Source: Phaeosaccion multiseriatum (taxonomy: Eukaryota > Protista > Ochrophyta, other classes). From it: 64,000 nucleotides of DNA. Below the pieces are notes generated by a model that saw nothing but the letters and a program-made list of their open reading frames with translations, searched no databases and was not told the DNA's origin. Of the stretch, positions 53,566 to 64,000 are shown piece by piece; within the stretch, counting starts at the first letter, position 1; each line of letters opens with the position of its first letter. The stretch lies in the NCBI GenBank assembly GCA_965112735.1, contig OZ218962.1, positions 2,418,001 through 2,482,000 of the forward strand, read 5' to 3'. A program made the position numbers and the translations under genes.

Positions 53566-56158
53566 TTTCTCTCTATGTGTCTCTCTCGTAAGTGTGTGTG
53601 CATCTTGTCTACTTGGCTCTCTGTAGGTCAGCAATGCATGTAGGTGTGCGTGAGTGTACATGATTACGGTCCGGCTGCTTCCTGATATGCCCTTGTGATG
53701 ACGCCGCCTTACGCCATATGGTACCAGCGTGCCGGCTTCATTTGATTTCATCCCCCAATCTCCGTCTCCCTCTATCTCAGACAAGGGATATGAATGGGAC
53801 ACTGCTTCCTCCCTGGCCCTCGAATGGACCCATCTAATGCACCGCGCCCACCCCTTCCCTCCTCCCTCCTCCTCTTCCCCCTCCCTTCCCTTCCCCCTCC
53901 TCCCCTATCGCGCAGTGAAATTGCCGCGCTTTCCCCATCCCTCACTGCCCTTAATCTCATGTGCAATGAGCTCACCTCCGTACCAGACGCATTGGGTGCG
54001 CTGACCAAGCTACAGCGTCTGGGCCTCAAAGACAACCAACTGGTGAAGCTGCCCGCCTCCATCGGTCAGCTCGAGAATCTCGTTGAGCTCTACCTCACCA
54101 ACAACAAGCTCGAGCAGTTACCGCCGGAGCTGGGCAGGTGCCAGAGCCTGCGAAAGCTGCAGGTAGGCGTGCACATGTGTTTGTATGTATGGGTATATGG
54201 GGGGGGATGTACAGATGAAAGAGTTGTTTGTATGGATGTATAATTGAGGGGGAAGCACAGAAGAACGAGTGGCAGAGCCAGCACTGTCCTTATCGAAACC
54301 CTCATATCTGTATGGATGGATGCATGTATGTGAGTATGTACATCTCTCTCTCTCTGCATGGGCCATGGAGAGTGTCTGCTCTCTCCTGCTGATTGCCTGC
54401 CTTTCCTTCTTCTTCTGTAAGCACACGCACACACACACAACGTACACCGACCGCAACCGTGTTGAACTCACCACTTCTCGCCTCTTGCCTCTCTCTCTCT
54501 GCCTCCCTCTCTCCCTCTCTTTCTGTATGACTGCGCTTGTGTGTACCTCTCTCTCTATGTGACTGTCTTTAGGCGTCTTTCAACAACCTCCTGGAGCTGC
54601 CCAAGGAGCTTGGTAACCTCCCCAGCCTCGAACTCGCACGCTTTGCCGTCAATCCCCGACTCTCCACCGTCCCCACCGAGATCGCCACCATGGCGCGTCT
54701 GTGTTGGCTCTCTCTGGCGGGTTCGGAGTGGTGCCCTGCCGCCCCCCGGTGCGTACGTTGTGTCGTAAATGCTTTGAGGTAGCGTAGGTGGAGAGATTGG
54801 TGGTACAGCGGAAAGCCAAGGCAAGCGGACATGGTATCTTTTGTCGTTTTTTCCTCGAGAAGGACGATGGTGTCTGCCTGCCTCCTCCCTCCCTCACTGA
54901 CTGACTTGCTCGCTCCCTTCTTGACTTACTCACTCACTCACACACACCCCCTTGCCTCCCCAAACTCCACTCTCTTCTCTTGGTGCTGCCCCTTTCAGCC
55001 GCAGCACCGATCTTGCGGAGATATCCTTCTCTGACGTCACCCTCGGACAAGCGCTGGGAGAGGGCGCGAGTGGCGATGTTTTTAAGGCCACCTGGTCAAG
55101 GAGCGGACAGGGGCAGGGGCACCAGCAAGAAGAACAAGGGGGGGTGGAGACTGAGGGGTGTGAGGATAGAGTGGACGTTGTGGCGGTCAAGGTTTTCAAG
55201 GATCACGTGAGCCCGGACGGTCGAGCGGTGGACGAGATTGAAGTGTGCTGTTATGTGCAACACGAGCACTTGGTGCAGTGCCACGCCGTACTGCGACAAC
55301 AGCACCCCCCTACACCTACACCTACATCTGCAGCAGTTGGGCATACAGTTACAAAGGAGGAGAGAACGGCCCTCGTTCTGGACCTGTTCCGAGGCGAGCA
55401 ACTTGCGCAGAAGCCCAACTTTCAGAGCGTGCTGCGCTGTCGGTACCCTCCGGACAAGTCCTTTGCTCGCCGTTGGGTCAATAGGTGCGTTATTCGCCGT
55501 TTCGGAAAACGTCGGACATCGATGTCGTTCAAGTCTTTAGTATGCATGTTAATGGGCGATGCGATGCGCTGACTCACCCTTCCTCCCCCCCCTACCTTCC
55601 TTCTCCTCAACGTGATATCACGCGTGTGCCTGTGTGCACTTGTGTGTGTGTCTGTGTGTACGTGCGTGCGTCTTTGTGTGTGTGTGTGTGTCTGTGTGCA
55701 TTTGTGTATGTGTGTGTGCACTTGTGTGTGTGTCTGTGTGTACGTGCGTGCGTCTTTGTGTGTGTGTGTCTGTGTGCATTTGCGTATGTGTGTGTGCACT
55801 TGTGTGTGTCTGTGTGTACGTGCGTGCGTCTTTGTGTGTGTGTGTGTGTCTGTGTGCATTTGTGTACGTGTGTGTGCACTTGTGTGTGTCTGTGTGTACG
55901 TGCGTGCGTCTTTGTGTGTGTGTGTGTGTCTGTGTGTGCTTTTGTGTATGTGTGTGTGCACTTGTGTGTGTCTGTGTGTACGTGCGTGCGTCTTTGTGTG
56001 TGTGTGTGTGTCTGTGTGCATTTGCGTGTGCCTGTGTGCACTTGTGTGTGTCTGTGTGTACGTGCGTGCGTCTTTGTGTGTGTGTGTGTGTGCATTTGTG
56101 TATGTGTGTGTGCACTTGTGTGTGTATGTGCGTGCGTATTTGTGTGTGTATGTGCGTA

Positions 56159-56197
<39 letters not shown>

Positions 56198-56396
56198 ATC
56201 AGAGTGGCGCTGTGCGTGTGCAAGGCTCTGCAGTACCTGCACGGAGAGGGTATATGCCATGGCGACATTTACGCGCACAACGGTGAGGAGCAGAGGGAAG
56301 CGAAGCGGTCTACCGATGGGGCGCTTCTGCTAATGACGTGATGACATTGCCTTCTCCAGCACCTTTCTAACTTGCTCTTGTCTGCAATGATAGATA

Positions 56397-56432
<36 letters not shown>

Positions 56433-57107
56433 ATTGATTGTACGTGTATGTGTGCATGGGCGTGCGTGTGTGTATACGGGTGTTCTCATAACCTTGGCTC
56501 TGTGGTCCCTTCCGTGCCCTTCCCTTGCTACCTGCTTACTGCGACTCAAGTCATGGCCAATGAGGAGGGAGAAGCCGTGCTCGTCGACTTTGGCGCCAGC
56601 TTCTTCTATCCCACCGTTATTACTACTACTACCACATCCCCCACCTCGACCACGGAATCCGGCAATGGAGCCGGCGGTACAGCAGGTGCAGAGGGGGGGG
56701 AAGTGCACTACGCGTTCGAGGCGATGGAGGTGAGGGCCTTTGGGCTCTTCCTCAAAGACCTCGTGGAGCGACAGCATGAGGAGGAGGAGGAGGAGGAGGA
56801 GGAGGAGGAGGAGGAGGAGGAGGAGGAGGAGGAGAGAGGGGGGGACGGCACAGCTGGTAACAACACCGCGAGCAAGGACGACGAGGAGGAGGAGCAGGGA
56901 GAGGAGGTCGGGGAGGAAACAGCTGCTGGTGCTGCTGGTGCTGCTGCTGCGGGTGTTGGTGGTGGTGGGGGGGGAGGGGGGGGTCAAGGTGGTGCGATGT
57001 CACCGCCGTCGACTGTCCGCTTGTACAAACAGTGCCTGTCTGAGGAAGTGCTCAATCGGCCTCGCTTCGGCGACATTCGGGCCGTGCTGGAGGGGTGTGA
57101 GATGTGA
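52854..57107 (+). CDS. N-anchored leucine-rich-repeat protein kinase (HGDxYAHN family), ~641 aa
   Basis: Exons 52854-53042, 53299-53489, 53916-54162, 54573-54748, 54999-55484, 56203-56282, 56551-57107 (1926 nt). Hydrophobic helix [16 protein letters not shown]; about 8 LRRs (LxxLxLxxNxLxxLP); kinase motifs [45 protein letters not shown]. Confidence 0.92.
55625..56195 (+). repeat. Higher-order ~70-80-bp repeat built from (GT)n in LRR-kinase intron
   Basis: Unit TGCACTTGTGTGTGTCTGTGTGTACGTGCGTGCGTCTTTGTG... repeated about 6-7 times. Confidence 0.9.
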
Positions 57108-57524
57108 CCTGAAGCAGGGCTGTGCTGCAGCTGTGGTGGGATGTGAGGGGGAGGAGGCTTGATTGAACCACAGCGAGATTCGACTGCGGGCTGTGGGCTG
57201 GAGCGGTGTGTGATCTGACTGAGAGAGAGACGGCACCATTCACGTGCGTGCTGGAGCTGTGCTGGAGCTATGCTGAGAGATGTGAGGGGGAGGAGGAGGC
57301 TACTGAGAGTGTGAATGGAGAGATAGGAAGGAGCTGTGTTGAGATGTCAGAGGGAGGAGGGCGTAAGCTGAGAAATATGGGGAGGCTTTCCTACCTATAG
57401 GGTACATTTTGTTCTATTCGTTTGCCCCAGCCAGCCTCGATAACTGCAGCTCATCTTTCAAAAGTCCCGAACCATCCGTCTCCCTCGCTCCGTCTGTTGA
57501 TACCGTCTCGCTCGCTGCGGCCGC

Positions 57525-59829
57525 TCACTCGGTCATCATCATCGGCTCCGGCTCCCAAGCGCTGTCGAGGCGGGCCACAAAGTCCGTTCCCCAGGGCCCG
57601 TCCACGATGTAGTCCTCGTCCTTGGAGGAGGACAGGATGATGTCACGCTCTCTCACAATGGGCTTGCCTTGGCTGTCGAGCCTCAGGCTCTGTGTTTCTC
57701 CCATGACCCCGCTCCAGTGCTCCACTCCGACGTCGTCTGGCTTGTGGATGAAGGTAACGTCGAGGACGTGAGCGAAGCACCGCTCGATCTCCTGGCGGTA
57801 GTCCACTTGGAAGGAGTAAGTGTCGGTGAGGACGAAGACACTGGCCCATGACCCGGGGGCGGTGAAGAGGTCTCTTTCGACGCGCTTTTCCGCGATCCAA
57901 GCCTCGCAGAGGGTCACATCCTCGGCCTTGTGCAGGCCGGATTCCACGGCCAGCAACGCCGCAAGGTCGTCATCCACTGCCGTCTCCGAGAGGTGGCGAC
58001 TGAGCGAGGAGCCCTTGCGCCTCTGAGCCTTGTTGAGCTCCTCCATCATGTGGAGGTCGCGCTTGACTTGACAGGGGCCGTACGCGTTGAAGGCCATCAC
58101 GACGCCGCCGTTGGCCATGTCGTAGGCCCCCGGCTTGACAATCTGCTTGCCCTCGATGGTGACTCCCAGGGAGCCGTAGCCCAAGATTTGCTCGGCGCGG
58201 TAGGTGGATTCCTCCCCTTGAACGTAATTGGGGTTGTATTTTTCTACGTCGAGCACCTCCACCAGCACTTTCGACCTCGCGGCCTTGTCGAGGTCACCGT
58301 CCGGGCCGGGGGGGAAGGTAAAAGCCGAGGCGGTCACGTACGTCTGCGTGCGTGCGCGTGTGCGTGTGGGTGGCGAAAGGGGGGTAGGGGGAAGCAGGCG
58401 GCGTGGGTCAGCCGACCGATGCGCGAGAGGGTGGGCAACAACAGCCAAACACACCGCCATCAGGCGAGAGGGCACGAGCAGGACTCTACACGAGGCAGGC
58501 TTCCAAGTAACAAGCTCTCAAAAGAGAGAGGTTGGGGGCTCAGGTGCTCAGAAACAACGAGTCCCTCCATTGCATTCCGGCTTTTGCCTCACCGGTTGGG
58601 CGCCGTTCTCGCAGGAGGGGAAGACGGACAGCCTCCAGTTCCACTGCAAGTGCCTCTCCGCCAAGGCAGCGTACCAGGCGTCGTTGGCTCCCTTGAAGAG
58701 GAAGACTTGGTTCTTGAAGCCGAACACCATCGGGTCTCCTTGGACGCCATCAAGGCCTGTCTCATTGCCTGTCTCATTGCCTGCAAGCGCCACACATCGT
58801 CCAAATAGAAGAAACAGGGGCGGATGGAAAGAGTGTGAGAGAGAGAAGAAGGACATTCGGATGGCAGTCAAGGGGGGGCTCTCCACGACAGGGCCGGAAC
58901 AGGGCAAGCAGGGGCGCGAGAAAAAATTATGCCAAGCCAGCACACACACACACACGCACACACACACGCCCCACTTACAAGTAATGTCGGGCACCTTGTA
59001 GGTCCAAAGGCATTCGCTGCCCAGGTTTTTACCACCTCCTGCGCAGAGAGTATCCTGCTCTGCTGGCTCGCAGTTTATGTTGCCCTGGGGCGCGGCGAAC
59101 CCTGTGCAGTCCCCACCCCCGTCCTTGGCGGAGAACTCCAGTGTCTGGCCGGCCACTCCGTACTGCGTGACAAGAATGAGCAAAGCATTCGGTGCAGGCA
59201 GGCACGCAAGCAAGGCAGGCAGTAAGCAAAGCCGCCGCCGATCAACTTGGAAAGCGATATGACCGGCGGAGCGGATACATGATGTGGGTGGACTGTCTTG
59301 AAAGGCACGTAAAGGGCCCTTTCGAATCTCTATGCCTTGTGCTGCTTCCCTATACCCAGCCAAACTCAAACTCGTAGCTGCCTACCTGGCAGAACTTGGT
59401 CGCAGTGCCGTCGGTGTAGCTTGGCCCAGGCGAAGTGCTGTCCCAAGCCGGCACACGACTATAGTACGTTTCGGGCGTGCCGTCGGTGGGGTCAGGGAAA
59501 GAGCATTGCGGGGTGGCCTGAGAAACTCCAGTAACAGGGACATTGCTGTTGGTGCAGGTGTGGGAGAGACCCACATTAGGCGCATCGTCATCTCCGGCCT
59601 CCTTGGTGCAATCGGGAAAGAGGCCAAAAGAACCCTTCACTCCGGTTTTGAAGCAGACCTCGACCACACACGTATCGTCGTCGTAGCAGTTGCCTCCGCC
59701 CTCCAGAATAAACGGAACCGAATCGGTGAACATCGTGCACTTCGATTGTAGGTCGCAGGTGCTCACTGGACCACTGGTGGCGTTGCTGACAAGGCCCACG
59801 AGGAGCAGAGCTGTGGCGGTTCTTCCCAT
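57525..59829 (-). CDS. Secreted protein with Cys-rich N-domain and 'GDP'-initiated (VWD/root-cap-like) C-domain, ~544 aa
   Basis: Exons 59829-59386, 59162-58979, 58780-58593, 58343-57525 (1635 nt). Signal peptide MGRTATALLLVGLVSNATS. Cys-rich KFCQ...FSAKDG...ECLW; GDPMVFGFKNQVFLFKG...WY; SGVMGET...EDYIV. Confidence 0.85.
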
Positions 59830-60844
59830 CTTGTGACGGTTGACGGGGCAAACATGTGTGCGTGGGAAAGGCAGGGGTGGTGATGACGACGAGGGATGGG
59901 GGGCGGAGAAAGAATGAGCTAAAAGGTAGCGTGAGAGCGTAACCCACCCTGGACAACGCAGTCATGCCGAAGCAAGCAAGAGGCCGAGAGGCCAGGGCGC
60001 CAACACGCAAGTGAAGCAGACAGTCATTGGCAATCTAATGCGTACAAGGCGCACGAAGTGAGCATCACCGGCCATTAGCTAAGGGTGGAGCAGACGGAGC
60101 CACTCCCCGACCTCCCAGCCATGAGCCCCTCAAACAAACTTTGAGGGGAAGGAAGTCTTCAAATTGAGTTACAAGCATCACGTCTCCGGGAAGAGAAGAG
60201 TATAGATGGACAGGGGGAAGGGGGGGGGGGTTGTTAACAGCCAAGCGAGAATTGGCGCTCCTAGCCACTAAGAGCGAGAAGGGCAGGCGGCTCAATGCAC
60301 TGGCGCTACACATATCAGCACCCTAATCTTTCGCTCGTCTCCTCAGGCCCCACGCGCTCTAAGCAAGGGTGCCGCAGCAATATTAACAACACCCGCCTCT
60401 CCCCGCCCGCTCTGAAAGTGACTCACAGTTGAAGTTAGTTTTACAATAGTGCGCAGCACAGAGTCCCCCCAGAATCACACTCACCTTAGACTGAAGGGCA
60501 GAGAGTAGACAGGGAGGAAGTGGTTCGAGGGGGTGGCTGGTGTGTTTGTGAGCTTTCGCAATTGTCGCTCTTCCCAACAGGCCTGCAAGTTGTGGACCTT
60601 ACACCCTCACCCTCGCGCGTGCGCTGGTGGACTGTGGTGGCACTTGGAGTTGAGGTGGAACTCCCGAATGGGTTTCAACGTGTTCAAAGACATGTTCGAT
60701 CCCCCCACCTAATCCATCCTGACTGAATGGAGAAGTGACGGGTTATTACGGGCTGCCCGTTCATTCTGATTTCACTTTCCTGATTCACTTACCAACAAGC
60801 CAACTCAGTTGTACCCCTCTTCCCGCGCGTGGTCAACCCCTGAT

Positions 60845-61195
60845 CAGCCCCATGCTATTTTGCTCCAGGCCGCTAGGGCCTACAGTAGGCGGCCTCTAGC
60901 CGCCTCTAGGCAGCCTCCCAGTGACCGTGGGCGCTTGCGTGGTGCCTCCCAGCCAGTGGGTAGCAGCACACCTGTCGAGCGAGGTGGAAAGAGACAACAC
61001 GAACTAAATGGGAGGCTACTGACTACTCTTTGCACTCTGGGCACTCCCACGGTCCGCCAAGTTGGCGTCTGCCCCGTCTGCCCTAGACCGCCAAGGCGGC
61101 GGCATATAAATAGGCCGAGGGCCTACGGCCCTCGCTACGCCGGGCAACTTTCCCAAATAGGCCTAGGCCGCTAGCACTAGGCGTGCATGGGGCTG
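60845..61195. mobile_element. hAT-like MITE (~351 bp)
   Basis: Terminal inverted repeats CAGCCCCATGC / GCATGGGGCTG. Flanks CCCCTGAT / ACCCTGAC (6/8 match, candidate 8-bp TSD). Many subterminal CTAGGC/GCCTA motifs near both ends. Confidence 0.65.
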
Positions 61196-62249
61196 ACCCT
61201 GACGTGCCACTGGACATGGATGCCTCCTACGCGACATTGCTTCATCACGCGACAAGGTGCGTGGTGTGTCCGGAGAAGTAGCTAAGGAGGGAGAGAGGGG
61301 AAAGAAGGAGGAGGGAGAGGGGAAGAGGAAGGAAGGTTCACATAATGAAAAATCAAATCAAGTGAGCTCTACTATGCCTCTCTGCACCCCGGTCTTCTCA
61401 ACCCGCTCAGGGTGGCCGCGACGGCAGTCTCTTTGGCGGAGACCCTCAGCAGTAGGCTGAATTCGACAACCACTCCTACACGATGTCGGCGACCACAAAT
61501 ACTTCAGAGAGGAGGAGGGCAGCAGAAGGTCGGCTACAGTGGGCCAGCTGTGTGAAGCTGGGCTATGGGCAGTGATAACAGTTGCGAACCAATCTCTATG
61601 TAGAAGGCCCCTTCTCGGCCCGCGTACCATTAGAGGTGCATCATCGTATCAGCTTCTTCGTCTCTGCGTTAAATGAATGCAAGAAAAGGGCCAGACGAAC
61701 ACGTACAAACTGTACTTTTGACTGTGGTTCGTCGACGCTCGCTCTTGGCGCCGGCTTCAAGGGGCGTGCGTACACTCTCGAGGCAACTCAACTCCTTGTT
61801 GCGAGCGGAGCGGTAGAGTATGACACATGCGTATCTATCTATGCCTACGCAATGCCCACGCACGGAGCCCTCTACTCCCCGCCTCTCTCGCTCTTTTTAT
61901 TTCAACCCTTTTCTCTCTCTACTCCCCTTCCCCCCCTTCTTCCCTCGTTCTGTCGTATCTTCTCGTCAGTTTATTTTTGAAAATTAAAAATATGCCGCTT
62001 CTATTGTCATTAAAGCATCGCCTTGTTCTGGGGACACCTCCCCCCTTCCCCGTATTCAGTTCCCCGCTTGCTTCTCGCCCCGCCCTACCCCCACACCAGC
62101 TGTCTTCGCTTGTCCCCAGCCCCTCCTCTCTCCGACATTAGTAACTGTCCGGTCTCTTGCTCTTCTTCGCTCCTTGGTCGTATCTGCGGGATGGTTGCAC
62201 GCAGGCAAGTATTACGCGGTTAGTAGGGGTCTACCTATCCATTTATCCA

Positions 62250-62283
62250 TACAGGCAGGCAGACAGGCACACAGATAACAGAT

Positions 62284-62346
<63 letters not shown>

Positions 62347-62438
62347 CACACACAGACAGACACACAGACACACAGACAGACACACAGACAGACAGGCAGG
62401 CAGGCACACAGACAGGCAGGCACACAGACAGACAGACC

Positions 62439-62486
<48 letters not shown>

Positions 62487-62489
62487 GGC

Positions 62490-62574
<85 letters not shown>

Positions 62575-62579
62575 GGCAC

Positions 62580-62610
<31 letters not shown>

Positions 62611-62631
62611 GGCACACAGACAGACAGGCAC

Positions 62632-62710
<79 letters not shown>
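62250..62710 (+). repeat. (GACA)n microsatellite
   Basis: Visible array downstream of the last gene. Confidence 0.95.
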
Positions 62711-62763
62711 TGCTTCTAGACGCGCAACCTGAACAGGAAGAACCTCGCCCTCTTCACGTAGTC

Positions 62764-64000
62764 TTACGTGTGTTGGGCGATCCTCTCCGCATCCGGAGAG
62801 GCGTCGCCAGGCATGCAGATGGCCTTCCAGTAGCCCACCTGTATGCAGTTACGAAAGGTTACGAAAGCGATGTAAGGGTGAGGCTATGTAGGGCAGGTCA
62901 GATGATGTCGACTGACCGACTGGCTGGCTGACTGACTGACTGACTAGGTGACTGGCTGACTGTCTGAGTGAGTGAGCGAGTGAGTGACTAACTCACTGAG
63001 TGACTGACTGAACAGCTGCCTGCCTGGCTGCACGCCTGCCTGTCCCACTGACTGCCTCCCGCCCTCCCCTACCCTCGCCTCCCCTCCCTTCCCTGCCCCC
63101 CTCCCTCCCTCCCTCCCTCCCCTCCCTCCCTCCTTCCCTCCCTCTCTCGCTCCCTCCCTCCCTCACCTCTGCGTCGTCATCGTCGCCCTCGTGCTGCTTC
63201 ATGTCCCCCGAGAGGATGATGGCGTCCGTAGTCTTGAGATGTTCGTCAAGGAAACCGTTGAGCACTCGAGTCACAGTGTAGGGCTCAATTTTGGCATCGA
63301 AAGTGCGCGTGAGGCTCTATATATGATGTGCATGCGTGTGTGGGGGAGGGAGGGGGTTGCATGTGTGTGTGCGTGTGTGCGTGGGTACGTGCGTGGTGGG
63401 AGTTTGATTCGAGTGTGTGAGACAAAAGATAAGAGAGGGGCGGGGGGGGGGAAGGACGTGTGTCAGAGAGCAACCAGAGAGAGGGAGAGGAGGAGGGAGA
63501 AGAAAGAGGAGGGGGGAGAGGAAGCGCAATATGGGGATTCAATCATCCTGCATCAGCCCTAGCCTATTCCACCTTCTCCTTGACTCTTCCCTTTTCTCTT
63601 CTCCTCCTCAACCCCCTTCAATCCTCTCCTCCAATCCTCCTCCTGCTCCTGCTCCTGCTCCTTCTCCTCCTCTCCTTCCTCCTCCTCCTCCTCCTCCTCC
63701 TCCTCCTCCCCCTCCTCCTCCTCCTCCTCCTCCTCCTCCCCCTCCTCCTCCTCCTCCCCCTCGTCCTCCTCCCCCTCCCCCTCCTCCCCCTCCTCCCTCA
63801 GCCATCCTCCCCCTCCCCTTCCTCCACTCCTCCCTCCAGCCTCCTCCTCATCACCCACCCGCCCCTCCGCTCGCTTACAATGTGAATTGGTCGTTCCCCT
63901 CCCCGCAGCTCCCACTTCCCCCAAGAGCCTTCCTGGAAGAGGGGTCCGTCTGTCTGTCCCAAGGTGACTGTACCGTCGCCATTCAGCGTCATGGAGGTGG
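62764..64000 (-). CDS. Conserved algal uncharacterised beta-rich protein, 5' end outside window
   Basis: Exons 64000-63879, 63316-63167, 62838-62764 splice in frame: TLNGDGTVTLGQTDGP...WGKW...SLTRTFDAKIEPYTVTRVLNG...ILSGDM...EVGYWKAI...HT*. Confidence 0.75.

Overview
Eukaryotic, GC-rich, microsatellite-laden genomic DNA with GT-AG spliceosomal introns. It is inferred to be a photosynthetic stramenopile (ochrophyte alga) from putative bipartite-targeted proteins, a cellulose-synthase-like GT2 and the intron style. No CRISPR, rRNA or convincing tRNA was seen. Manual splice reconstruction gives 11 well-supported genes plus one tentative poly-Glu ORF: a Trx/MLL-type SET methyltransferase (5'-partial), a PWWP-PHD-bromo-like chromatin reader, a secreted six-repeat protein, METTL18/HPM1, two tandem His-rich ZIP metal transporters, a probable plastid membrane protein, a giant (~3,330 aa, 23-exon) GT2 glycan synthase, a membrane-anchored LRR kinase, a secreted Cys-rich/GDP-domain protein and a partial conserved algal gene. 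There is also an ankyrin-RING pseudogene, a duplicated gene fragment and two MITE-like elements. Highlights: (i) the 12-mer GTTGGTGATACA occurs at least 13 times exactly, on both strands and in four different codon readings within exons, plus in an intron and intergenic DNA; (ii) the GT2 has a ~2,580-aa mostly disordered N-terminus, altered catalytic motifs and a 17-nt microexon carrying the W of QxxRW. Most short ORFs in the supplied track are artefacts of simple repeats. All family assignments are from motif recognition, without database searches.
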